IMG/VR virus record: IMGVR_UViG_2906626472_000001
Coordinates: 54,886 to 118,885 of that record
Source of the DNA: a virus
Taxonomy: Duplodnaviria > Caudoviricetes
Direction: 5' to 3' (one strand)
DNA: 64,000 nt
Below, in pieces: positions 35,064 through 43,425 of the stretch (its first letter is position 1; the number at the start of each line of letters is the position of its first letter). The translations under genes and the position numbers were made by a program. The notes under the pieces are model-generated. The model ran no database searches. It was not told the origin of the DNA and saw nothing but the letters and a program-made list of their open reading frames with translations.

Positions 35064-35812
35064 TGTCAAAGTTCGTAGAGCTGGCCAGGAAACTGGACAG
35101 CATCCCGCATCTCGACCTCGGCCGAAGCTTTGAGGTGGAGAGGCTTCAAGCGGAGCTGGACTCAATCGACTCAGCATTGTTCGTGCCGTACCGCACGGTG
35201 AGCAGATACAAGCAGCTCATCGCGAACAACTGGCAAGGCCTGTCGATGGTGGCGCCACACGGCTCCATCCATGACGATCTGACGGAGGAGTTCAACGGGC
35301 CTCCGCTCGACGCTACCTGGACGTCGGTTGCCGAGCAGTGCCCTTACATGAAGCAGGTGATCACCGAGCTTGGCGGCGAGGGCCAGCGCGTGCGCTTGAT
35401 GCGAGTGATGCCCGAAGGTCGCCTGACATGGCACCGTCACGGCAACGAGACTTCGGTCGAGAACGGCAAGATCCTCGGCGGCCTTCGTCCCAACTGGCAC
35501 GAGCTGATCGTCCACGTCCCTGTCAGGACGAACCCGGAGTTCAGTTACGAAGTCATCGAAGTTCCTTCATATCAATTGATCGACTTCATGACCGAGCCGC
35601 TGGCGATCCACCGCAAGAACTACCCGGCCGGCGAGGCCTGGGGTTTCAACTCGGTCCACGTCCACAACGTGTTCAACCGCTCCAAGACCGAACCGCGATA
35701 CGCTCTGATGCTGAGCCTCGACATCAGGATGAAGAAGACCTTCGACATCGTCTCCAAGGCGGTCGAGCGCTACATCGCGAACGGCGAGGGGCCTTTAATG
35801 CCAGGGCTCTGA
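35063..35812 (+). CDS. AspH-like Fe(II) oxygenase, copy 2 (tandem paralog)
   Basis: Colinear with copy 1 over the full length (MSKFV.LA..LD.IPHL, WHRHG.E, LRPNW.E.IVHVPVR.NPE, DIRMKKTFDIVSKA). Confidence 0.8.
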   Translation: MSKFVELARKLDSIPHLDLGRSFEVERLQAELDSIDSALFVPYRTVSRYKQLIANNWQGLSMVAPHGSIHDDLTEEFNGPPLDATWTSVAEQCPYMKQVITELGGEGQRVRLMRVMPEGRLTWHRHGNETSVENGKILGGLRPNWHELIVHVPVRTNPEFSYEVIEVPSYQLIDFMTEPLAIHRKNYPAGEAWGFNSVHVHNVFNRSKTEPRYALMLSLDIRMKKTFDIVSKAVERYIANGEGPLMPGL

Positions 35813-35813
35813 A

Positions 35814-36236
35814 ATGCAAACCATTCTGTCTTCGAAGCCCCCTGTCGTTCTCGAAGACGACTTCAATGTTGCCACCAACGAAGACTGGGTTCGTGAGTGG
35901 CAGCTCAAGAATGATGACGAAATCGTCCCGCTCGACACGTCCTGGAAACTGTACTCGCAGCTCCAGAGACAGAACACGGGCGACATCGCCGTCATGCTCT
36001 CAACCGACAACGGTCGACTCGTCGTCACCGATCGGCAAGCCGGCAAATTCGGCCTCAGGCTGAAGCAGGCTGACGCCAATCAGTGTCCGCCCGGGACGTA
36101 CCTGTATGACATCGTCCTCGTTGCTGGCGATGGCATCTACCGCTTGGTCACAGGGACGATCATCGTCCAGCAGGGGATCACCAACGTCCCCGGCCAGGAG
36201 ACGTGGAAGCATGTTCCGCTGATCCTCAGACCATAA
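35814..36236 (+). CDS. BppU-N-like tail/baseplate protein
   Basis: GTYLYDIVL....RLVTGTIIV..GIT motif. Confidence 0.65.
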   Translation: MQTILSSKPPVVLEDDFNVATNEDWVREWQLKNDDEIVPLDTSWKLYSQLQRQNTGDIAVMLSTDNGRLVVTDRQAGKFGLRLKQADANQCPPGTYLYDIVLVAGDGIYRLVTGTIIVQQGITNVPGQETWKHVPLILRP

Positions 36237-36262
36237 CCATCGACAACAAATCCAACCCTCCA

Positions 36263-36291
36263 GCCGCCCCTCCCGGGCGGCGTTTTTGTTT
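36263..36291 (+). terminator. terminator-like hairpin
   Basis: GCCGCCC-CTCCC-GGGCGGC then GTTTTTGTTT. Confidence 0.7.
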
Positions 36292-36302
36292 GGGAGAACC
36301 AA

Positions 36303-37739
36303 GTGACTGTTCAATACCTCCACGGCATCGAGACGATCGAACTCGATAGCCCCTCCGGCCCGGTCGAGACCGTCAAGTCGAACGTGATCGGCTTGGTCGG
36401 CACGGCGCCGAACGCCGACCCGGATCTCTTCCCGCTCAACACTCCGGTCGCTGTGTTCGCCGACGCCCTCAAGGCCGGCTCGCTGAAGACGGACGGCACG
36501 CTGCTCGACGCCGTGGACGCCATCTACAGCCAGAAGTCGGCTGTGGTGGTCGTGGTCCGCGTCGCAGAGGGCACGTCCACGGAAGAGACCTGGTCCAACG
36601 CTGTCGGTTCGCCGACCGGCAAGACCGGCGTCTGGTCGCTGCTCAAGGCGCGTCCGATGCTTCAGGTCATTCCGAAGCTGCTCGTCGCTCCCGGCCTCAC
36701 CTCCGGTCGCCCGACCAACGGTCTGCGCAACCTGGTGATCGGTGACACGGGCGCGAACTACGTCCAGGGCACGACCGGCATCACCATCGCGCCGCCCCCG
36801 GCCGGCGGACGCCAGGCCACGGCCCGCGCGCAGGTGGTCGGCGGCAAGCTGACCGGCGCGATCATCACCGACCCCGGCTACGGCTACGACAGCATTCCCG
36901 CCGTCACCGTCACGGGCGCCGGCACGGGCGCCACGGTCACCGCAACCCTCGGCCACGTCGCCAACCCGGTTGGCGTGTCCTTCGCCTCGATCGTCGACCG
37001 CCTCCGCGCGGTGGCGTTCCTCGACGGCCCCGGCACCTCGTACGAAGACGCGGTCGAGTACCGCGGCGACTACGGCAGCCAGCGCATCTCGATCGTCGAT
37101 CCGGGTGTCCTGAGCTGGGATACCGAGAACTCCATCTACGTGCAGAAGCCGGCGTCCGCCTACGCGGCCGGCATCCAGGCGCGGATCGATGAGGAGAAGG
37201 GCTTCTGGTACTCGTTCTCGAACGAGGTGATCCAGAATATCGGCGGCCCCGCCCGTCCGGTCGACTTCATGCCGAACGACCGCGACTGCGAAGCCAACAT
37301 GCTCAACAGCCAGCAGATCACGACCATCATCCACGATGATGGCTTCCGGTTCTGGGGTGTTCGTGGCACCGGCACCGACCCGCTCTGGGCGCATCTGTCG
37401 GTCCGCCGCACCGCGGACATGATCTACGAGTCGCTGGAGCGTGCCGAGCGCTCCCGCATGGACAAGCCGTTCAGCCTTCAGCTGCTCTCCGGCATCCAGG
37501 GCGATGTCAACAAGTACCTCCGCCTGCTGAAGGCGCGCGGTGCTCTGATCGGCGGCCGGTCGTGGATCGATCCCCACGTCAACACCCCGGCGACCTTCGC
37601 CGCTGGTGAGCTGACGGTGGACTTCGACCTCGAACCCCCGGCGCTCCTGGAGCACCTGCAGTTCCGCGCGCAGCGTCGCCCGGACTACTACAGCGACTTC
37701 ATCGAAGAGTTCACCCGCACCATCGCCAACAACGGCTAA
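36303..37739 (+). CDS. tail sheath protein (P2 FI-like)
   Basis: YLHGIE, VIGLVGTAP.AD...FPLNTPV, GFW.S.SN, GFRFWG.R, VRRTAD. Confidence 0.96.
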   Translation: MTVQYLHGIETIELDSPSGPVETVKSNVIGLVGTAPNADPDLFPLNTPVAVFADALKAGSLKTDGTLLDAVDAIYSQKSAVVVVVRVAEGTSTEETWSNAVGSPTGKTGVWSLLKARPMLQVIPKLLVAPGLTSGRPTNGLRNLVIGDTGANYVQGTTGITIAPPPAGGRQATARAQVVGGKLTGAIITDPGYGYDSIPAVTVTGAGTGATVTATLGHVANPVGVSFASIVDRLRAVAFLDGPGTSYEDAVEYRGDYGSQRISIVDPGVLSWDTENSIYVQKPASAYAAGIQARIDEEKGFWYSFSNEVIQNIGGPARPVDFMPNDRDCEANMLNSQQITTIIHDDGFRFWGVRGTGTDPLWAHLSVRRTADMIYESLERAERSRMDKPFSLQLLSGIQGDVNKYLRLLKARGALIGGRSWIDPHVNTPATFAAGELTVDFDLEPPALLEHLQFRAQRRPDYYSDFIEEFTRTIANNG

Positions 37740-37838
37740 GGCGCGGCTCTTCGAGCCAACCACACCCACCAACATCGCTAGTCGCGAGCCGCTCGGTCCT
37801 ACGGGGCCGGGCGCGCTTTCGTCTGGCTGGAGACATCA

Positions 37839-38363
37839 ATGGCAAATCTTCGCGACTCCAACATTTTCCAGGACTTCACGGTCTGGATCAACGACAACGG
37901 CAAGATCGGCGAAGCGCCGAACTTCCAGCCGCCCGAGATCAACATCCAAACGGAAGAGTTCCGCGGCGGCGGTATGGACGGCACCGTCGAAATCCCGATG
38001 GGCATCGAGAAGATCGAGTTCGACTTCGAGCTGCACACCTGGGACGAGGAGGTCTGGGCCAACCTCGGCTACGGCGTCGGCTCGCTCGACGTTCCGATCA
38101 CCTTCCGCGGCTATCTGCTCACGGCGGGCGGCGCTGAGAAGGGCGTGATCATCGAGACGCACTCGCTGATCAAGTCGATCAAGCCCGGCAAGGTCGAACC
38201 TGGCAAGAAGGCCAGCATGACCATCAACCTCTGCGCCAACTACTACCGGCACGAGATCAACGGCGTCACCGTCACCGAAATCGATGTGTTCAACAAGATC
38301 AACATCATCGGCGGCACCGACAAGACGTCGAACGCGCGACGGATTCTCGGCTTCACCTACTAA
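37839..38363 (+). CDS. tail tube protein (P2 FII-like)
   Basis: EEFRGGGMDG.V.I.MG.EK, YY...ING....EID..N. Confidence 0.95.
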   Translation: MANLRDSNIFQDFTVWINDNGKIGEAPNFQPPEINIQTEEFRGGGMDGTVEIPMGIEKIEFDFELHTWDEEVWANLGYGVGSLDVPITFRGYLLTAGGAEKGVIIETHSLIKSIKPGKVEPGKKASMTINLCANYYRHEINGVTVTEIDVFNKINIIGGTDKTSNARRILGFTY

Positions 38364-38388
38364 GCCGTAGCGACCGTCCGACCAACTG

Positions 38389-38422
38389 GGCCCTGCCAAT
38401 CCTGGCGGGGCCTTTTTCTTTT
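38389..38422 (+). terminator. intrinsic terminator
   Basis: GGCCCTGCCA-ATCC-TGGCGGGGCC then TTTTTCTTTT. Confidence 0.85.
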
Positions 38423-38448
38423 CTACCCAAGCAAGGTGTGCAAACCAA

Positions 38449-38724
38449 ATGACCGAGAAAGTTTTCGAACTGAAATACCCCTTTGAGTATCGCGGTGCGC
38501 GGTACGAGAAGATGACCGCCCGCCGCCCGAAGGTGCGTGACCTCCGCAACTTCATCAAGAACGTCGAGAAGGACTCCGTCAACGCGATGGAGAAGGTGCT
38601 GGCTGATCTCATGGAGGTCGACACCCTGATCATCTCCGAGATCGACGTCGAGGACTTCGGCCCCATGAAGGCGTGGTTCGAAGGTTTTTTGAAGAGCATG
38701 CTGGGCGAGTCGGAAGATTCCTAA
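38449..38724 (+). CDS. tail assembly chaperone (gpE-like)
   Basis: L.YP, RRPKVRDL, I.EID.EDF; between tube and tape measure. Confidence 0.88.
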   Translation: MTEKVFELKYPFEYRGARYEKMTARRPKVRDLRNFIKNVEKDSVNAMEKVLADLMEVDTLIISEIDVEDFGPMKAWFEGFLKSMLGESEDS

Positions 38725-38885
38725 TCGACTCCTTCCCGATCTTCGAGCGTTTCAAATGGACGCTCGAAGACGTGGAGTCGCTGGACTTCTATGACTTCTG
38801 TCTGATCGCAGACGGCGTCCAGGAACTCAATCGGCGAGATGCCGAAGAAATCGTGAAGATACGTCAGGCCCAGGGCAGCAAGTAG
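38685..38885 (+). CDS. -1 frameshift extension of the tail chaperone (gpE+E'-like)
   Basis: Slippery T TTT TTG at 38685-38691; the -1 frame is open to 38885 and has the F.WT..DV..L pattern. Confidence 0.8.
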   Translation, partial: FFEEHAGRVGRFLIDSFPIFERFKWTLEDVESLDFYDFCLIADGVQELNRRDAEEIVKIRQAQGSK

Positions 38886-38918
38886 CCCTGGGTTTTCCTT
38901 TTTGTTTCGAGGAAGCGA

Positions 38919-41900
38919 ATGTCCAACAACAATCTCGACATCAGGGCAAGGCTTACCGCCGAGGACCACGCGTCCGCGACGGTCGTCAAGCTCCTGGCGA
39001 AGATCAAGAGCCTCGAAGCTCAGATGGCGAAGCTCGGCAAGGCCGGCAACGCCATCACCGACATCCCTATGGAGGGCTACGTCAAGAAGATCAACGCCGC
39101 GGGCAAGGCGCTGAACGGACTGACGCAGAAGCACCTCAACTGGGCAAAGGCAAACGGTGCATCGGGCGACAAGGCCCAGTGGCACTGGACCAAGCTCACC
39201 AACGATATTCAGAAGGCGAAGGACGACCACGAGAAGTACGTCAACTCGCGCGTCCGCGGCCACAAGAAGCTCGCGAAGGCGGCTCAGGAGGAGCTGTACC
39301 AGCACTACAAGAACGCCCAGGCGTTCAAGTACATCTACAACAAGACCAACGATGAGCGCCTCGACCTTCAGCGCCGGTTCCACAAGGAGCTTGGCGAGCT
39401 TGAAGGATCCCATCTGCGGAACATCGAAAACTCCCACCGCGCTCACTTCCGCAACCTCGCTGCGATGCGACGGAGCGCGATGAACAGCATGCGGTCGATG
39501 TCCAACATCGGCAGCAGAGCGATCCCATACGCTGCGGCAGGCGCTGCGGCTTCCGGCTATGCCGGCGTGTCGGCTCTCCGCACCCGCATGCGGATCAACG
39601 ACGCCGAAACCAACATGCAGATCTTCGGTGGCCTCGACCCTGAGGCCGTCAAGAAGATGCGCAAGGAATGGGGCAACGCGGACGCCATCAAGTTCGGCCT
39701 GTCGCCGGACGCGATGATGAACTCGTACACCGAGGTCATCAAGGCCGGTATTCCTGAGGCAATCGCGAAGGCGGTCACCGAGTCGATCGTCAAGTCGTCG
39801 ATCGGCCTGGAAATGGACTCGCTCCAGACGACCAAGCTGGCCGGTTCGGCCGCGACGCTGCTCGGCGACATGAAGAACCTCGATCCGAAGAAGATCGACT
39901 CGATCATGGGCGCCATCGCAATCGCAGCCCGCGACTCGAGGGCTGACGCCAACGAAATCGTCGCCGCCAACAAGCGCGGCAGCTCGGTTATGGCCATGGG
40001 CATGTCCATGGAAGATCTGTCGGCGTTCACGGCCGGCGGCATCTCCGCTGGTATCCAGCAGGGCAAGGCCGGTACCATGATGGACCACATCGTGTCCGAG
40101 TTGCTCGGCGCCAGGTTCAAGAATGGGAAGCGCGGCCAGGATCTCGGCAAGGCCGCGAACCTGTTGGGCATGGGTGGAAAGCAGGGCTTCTCTGCCCGTA
40201 TGGCTTCAAACCCGACCGAAACCTTGATGAAAATCTTGGATAAGGTCGGCACCATGAAGCCGATGCAGCAGGAGCAGATTGCTCAGCTGATCGGCCAGGA
40301 CCAGTGGAGCGGCGAGTTCCTGCAGATGGTGCAGGCTCGCGAGAAGATCCGCGAGATCCTCGACAACATCAAGAACCCGAAGAACGCAAACTTCAACGAC
40401 GATGCTGCCGCGAAGAAGATCAACAGTCTGACCGGGCGCTGGAAGTCGATGGTGACCGCTTTCACCCTGCTGTGGGAAGCGGTTGGCGCCGGTTTGGAGA
40501 AGATGTTCGGCCAGTTCGCCAGCTTCTTCATCGACTACGCCGGCAAGGCCGACACCTCGAAGATCACAGAGACGGTCGAAGCGTTCACTGACGGTATCAT
40601 CCAGGGGCTCGGATACGAGAGCTGGACGGCAATGCTCAGGGACGTCTTCGGCGATCCGGCCAATATCCGCAGCTACGGCAAGGAGTTCGGCGGATTCGCC
40701 AAGGGCTTCATGGCCGGCATGAAGGAGATCTACGACGGCGTCAAGTTCGTCATCACCGGTCTGATCAATGCCTTCGGGCTTGACTCGAAGGACCCGGAAG
40801 CGATGGGCAAGTTCACCGCTCGCATCATCGAGTTCGCGGCTGCCATCAAGACGATCGGCTCGGTCGCTGATGTCCTCGCCAGCATCGTGACTTTCCTGGA
40901 AGGGCTCGCTGCGGTCGTCGCATTGATTGTCGCGCCCGAGGTTGCCGTGCCCATCCTGGGCGTGGGTATCGGCGCGTATCTGGGCAAGAAGCTGCACGAC
41001 TATTGGTACGGACCAGACAGCAAGGCTCCGCCGCCTGTGGGAGAGCCGAAGCGCAAGCCGGGAACGAGCCAGCAGGAGTGGCAAAAGCAGATCGACGACT
41101 ACACGCGCGATCGGCTGAAGCACAACAGCAGCTACACCGGGCCGACCGACTTCTCGAGTCGCGGTCGCAATCGTGACCTCGCGCAGAGCCTCGACAAGTT
41201 CACCGGAAGGGTTGAGCTTGCGGCGTTTCGCGGTGGAACGGGCGGCATCCAGAACGCCTTCTACGGCGGCAGCAGCGGCGGCGGCGGCCTGTCAAGGGCA
41301 TCGGCCGGTGGCGGCCTCGGCGGTGGCGGCATTGGTGGCGTTCCGGCCTTGCTCAAGAGCACGCCTGGCGGCGCTCTGCCGAGCATGGGTGGCGGCATTA
41401 TCCGGCGAGACAACATCCCGAACTTCAGTGGATCGGGTGGCAGTGTCGCATCGGCTGGAGAGCTGAACCGCTCTGGCTTCGACCGGGTGTTCGGCGGCAC
41501 GCCGCTTGCCGGCAAGTACGACCAGATCGTTGCCGCGGCGAAGGCCAACGGCATCTCTCCGGCGCTGCTTGCAGGCGTGATGGCGCAGGAATCCGGCAGG
41601 GGCAAGTTCCTGTCCGGCAATAACCCTGGCGGCGTCATGGATCCGGCTACCGGCTGGTCCAGGAAGATGCAGTTCGCCGATCTGGATGCTGGCATCAGCA
41701 AGACCGCTCAGACGGTCGCCAAGAACTACGCCCGCGCAGGCGGGGACATGAGCAAGCTCGCGGGCATCTACGCACCGCTGGGCGCGGCAAATGACCCCAA
41801 TGGCCTGAACAAGAACTGGCTCCCAGGGGTGAATAGCTTCATGGGCCAGATGGGCGGTGGAAATGGTGCGGCAGCCGCGGCCGGTGTAACGCCCGGCCTG

Positions 41901-42551
41901 GCCGAGCAGCTTGGTCTGAAGGGTAAGGCCAACTTCATGCATGGCCAGTACGGCGGAGTTGGTCAGAACCTACAGACCATCACGCTGGCTTCGGGCAAGA
42001 AGCTGACGGTCAACGCAGCGGCGGCAGAGTCCTTCAAGGGCTTCGTCGATGAGCTTGAGGCTTCTGGCTACAAGATCGGTGACATCGGCGGCTTCTCCAT
42101 GCGTGGCAAGAGGAAGGGCGGAGGCTGGTCGCAGCATGCCTACGGCAATGCGATCGACATCAACCCCGGCAAGAACGCGCAGGACGGAACTGGCCGAACT
42201 GACATGCCGTCTAACGTCCGCGACATGGCGGCGAAGTACGGCCTGTCGTGGGGCGGTGACTGGTCGAGGGCCTACAACGACCCGATGCACTTCGAATGGA
42301 ACGGCTCGCAACCTTGGAAGCAGAAGGGCATCACCGATCAGGTGCCGTCCAGCCTGATCCAGAACGTTCCGACGCCTCCGCCCCAGAATGCGCCTGGCCA
42401 AGGAGCATCTGGTTACGGTGGTGGTGGTCCGGTCCAGATCCACATCAACGGCAACAGCCACGATCCGGAAGCTCTGGCAACGTTGGTGCAGCGTCGCGTC
42501 GACGAGTCGATGAACTGGCGCACGCACGATACCGCGTCCGAGTACACCTAA
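38919..42551 (+). CDS. tape measure protein with C-terminal lysozyme-like and M15 peptidase domains
   Basis: 1210 aa helical Ala/Gly-rich body; ISPALLAGVMAQESG...NNPGG; SQHAYGNAIDIN...WGGDW...DPMHFE. Confidence 0.9.
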   Translation: MSNNNLDIRARLTAEDHASATVVKLLAKIKSLEAQMAKLGKAGNAITDIPMEGYVKKINAAGKALNGLTQKHLNWAKANGASGDKAQWHWTKLTNDIQKAKDDHEKYVNSRVRGHKKLAKAAQEELYQHYKNAQAFKYIYNKTNDERLDLQRRFHKELGELEGSHLRNIENSHRAHFRNLAAMRRSAMNSMRSMSNIGSRAIPYAAAGAAASGYAGVSALRTRMRINDAETNMQIFGGLDPEAVKKMRKEWGNADAIKFGLSPDAMMNSYTEVIKAGIPEAIAKAVTESIVKSSIGLEMDSLQTTKLAGSAATLLGDMKNLDPKKIDSIMGAIAIAARDSRADANEIVAANKRGSSVMAMGMSMEDLSAFTAGGISAGIQQGKAGTMMDHIVSELLGARFKNGKRGQDLGKAANLLGMGGKQGFSARMASNPTETLMKILDKVGTMKPMQQEQIAQLIGQDQWSGEFLQMVQAREKIREILDNIKNPKNANFNDDAAAKKINSLTGRWKSMVTAFTLLWEAVGAGLEKMFGQFASFFIDYAGKADTSKITETVEAFTDGIIQGLGYESWTAMLRDVFGDPANIRSYGKEFGGFAKGFMAGMKEIYDGVKFVITGLINAFGLDSKDPEAMGKFTARIIEFAAAIKTIGSVADVLASIVTFLEGLAAVVALIVAPEVAVPILGVGIGAYLGKKLHDYWYGPDSKAPPPVGEPKRKPGTSQQEWQKQIDDYTRDRLKHNSSYTGPTDFSSRGRNRDLAQSLDKFTGRVELAAFRGGTGGIQNAFYGGSSGGGGLSRASAGGGLGGGGIGGVPALLKSTPGGALPSMGGGIIRRDNIPNFSGSGGSVASAGELNRSGFDRVFGGTPLAGKYDQIVAAAKANGISPALLAGVMAQESGRGKFLSGNNPGGVMDPATGWSRKMQFADLDAGISKTAQTVAKNYARAGGDMSKLAGIYAPLGAANDPNGLNKNWLPGVNSFMGQMGGGNGAAAAAGVTPGLAEQLGLKGKANFMHGQYGGVGQNLQTITLASGKKLTVNAAAAESFKGFVDELEASGYKIGDIGGFSMRGKRKGGGWSQHAYGNAIDINPGKNAQDGTGRTDMPSNVRDMAAKYGLSWGGDWSRAYNDPMHFEWNGSQPWKQKGITDQVPSSLIQNVPTPPPQNAPGQGASGYGGGGPVQIHINGNSHDPEALATLVQRRVDESMNWRTHDTASEYT

Positions 42552-42560
42552 GCGAAACTG

Positions 42561-42593
42561 ACCCTGGCCCTACGGGGCCGGGGTTTCTCTTTT
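42561..42593 (+). terminator. intrinsic terminator
   Basis: ACCCTGGCCC-TACG-GGGCCGGGGT then TTCTCTTTT. Confidence 0.8.
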
Positions 42594-42610
42594 CATTCAC
42601 AGAGGAAGTA

Positions 42611-43135
42611 ATGGCTGACGTTCTGCTTGGTCTTGGCTCGCAAGACCCCAACGCTACCAATGAGACCGGACTGATCCTCTTCTACGTGCCGCAGAAGGGC
42701 ATGGACACCCCAAACTTCGAAACAATTGCGCGGGACACCCAATACACCTGGACCTCGGCCGATCGCCTCTCGCGCGATCCTGCGATGCAGTTCACCGGCC
42801 CCGGTGAGGACAATATCCAGATCGATGGTCGGATGTTCCCGTATCACTTCGGCGGTCTCTCCACGATCGAGCGACTGCGCAAGGCTGGCCGCGCCGGCAA
42901 GCCGATGATCATGGTTCGCTTCTACCCGCTCGCCGACCCGTCCGGATATGGCTCGGAGGTGATTGGCAATTACGTGATCCGCCGCGTGCGGACTCAGGAA
43001 CAGAAGATCGGCGTCTTTGGCATCGCCCACAAGATCGACTTCACCGTCGAGCTGCAGCGATACGGTGACGACCTGAACCAGGTGAGCAACGTCCTCAACG
43101 ACAACATCCGGCAGTCCGAAAGGCTCAACACCTGA
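42611..43135 (+). CDS. tail protein gpU-like
   Basis: W...DRL...PAMQFTGPG.D.I.I.G..FP, G.YVI, KIDFTVEL.RY. Confidence 0.9.
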   Translation: MADVLLGLGSQDPNATNETGLILFYVPQKGMDTPNFETIARDTQYTWTSADRLSRDPAMQFTGPGEDNIQIDGRMFPYHFGGLSTIERLRKAGRAGKPMIMVRFYPLADPSGYGSEVIGNYVIRRVRTQEQKIGVFGIAHKIDFTVELQRYGDDLNQVSNVLNDNIRQSERLNT

Positions 43136-43356
43136 TGTCCACCTACATCACCAAGATTTTCGATCGGCTCGATCGCATCTGCTACGACCGCTACGGCTCG
43201 ACCAGCAACCAGATCGTCGAGTGGGTGATCGAGCAGAACCCTGGCATCGAGGAGCAGCCAATCATCCTCGCCGCCGGGCTCGCCATCAATCTTCCGGAGC
43301 CGCCGCGTGAACTGACCGCGCCTCCGGTAATCCAGCAGATTTTCCTCTGGAGATAG
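43135..43356 (+). CDS. tail protein gpX-like (LysM-like)
   Basis: D.LD.ICY..YG, V.EQNPG, L.AG..I.LP, C-terminal LW. Confidence 0.9.
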   Translation: MSTYITKIFDRLDRICYDRYGSTSNQIVEWVIEQNPGIEEQPIILAAGLAINLPEPPRELTAPPVIQQIFLWR

Positions 43357-43383
43357 TTCCCCCTGGCTCCGCGTGAGTCAGAC

Positions 43384-43413
43384 AGGCCGTCCTTCGGGGC
43401 GGCCTTTTTCTTT
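43384..43413 (+). terminator. intrinsic terminator
   Basis: AGGCCGTCC-TTCG-GGGCGGCCT then TTTTCTTT. Confidence 0.85.
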
Positions 43414-43425
43414 CTGGAGGCGTGC

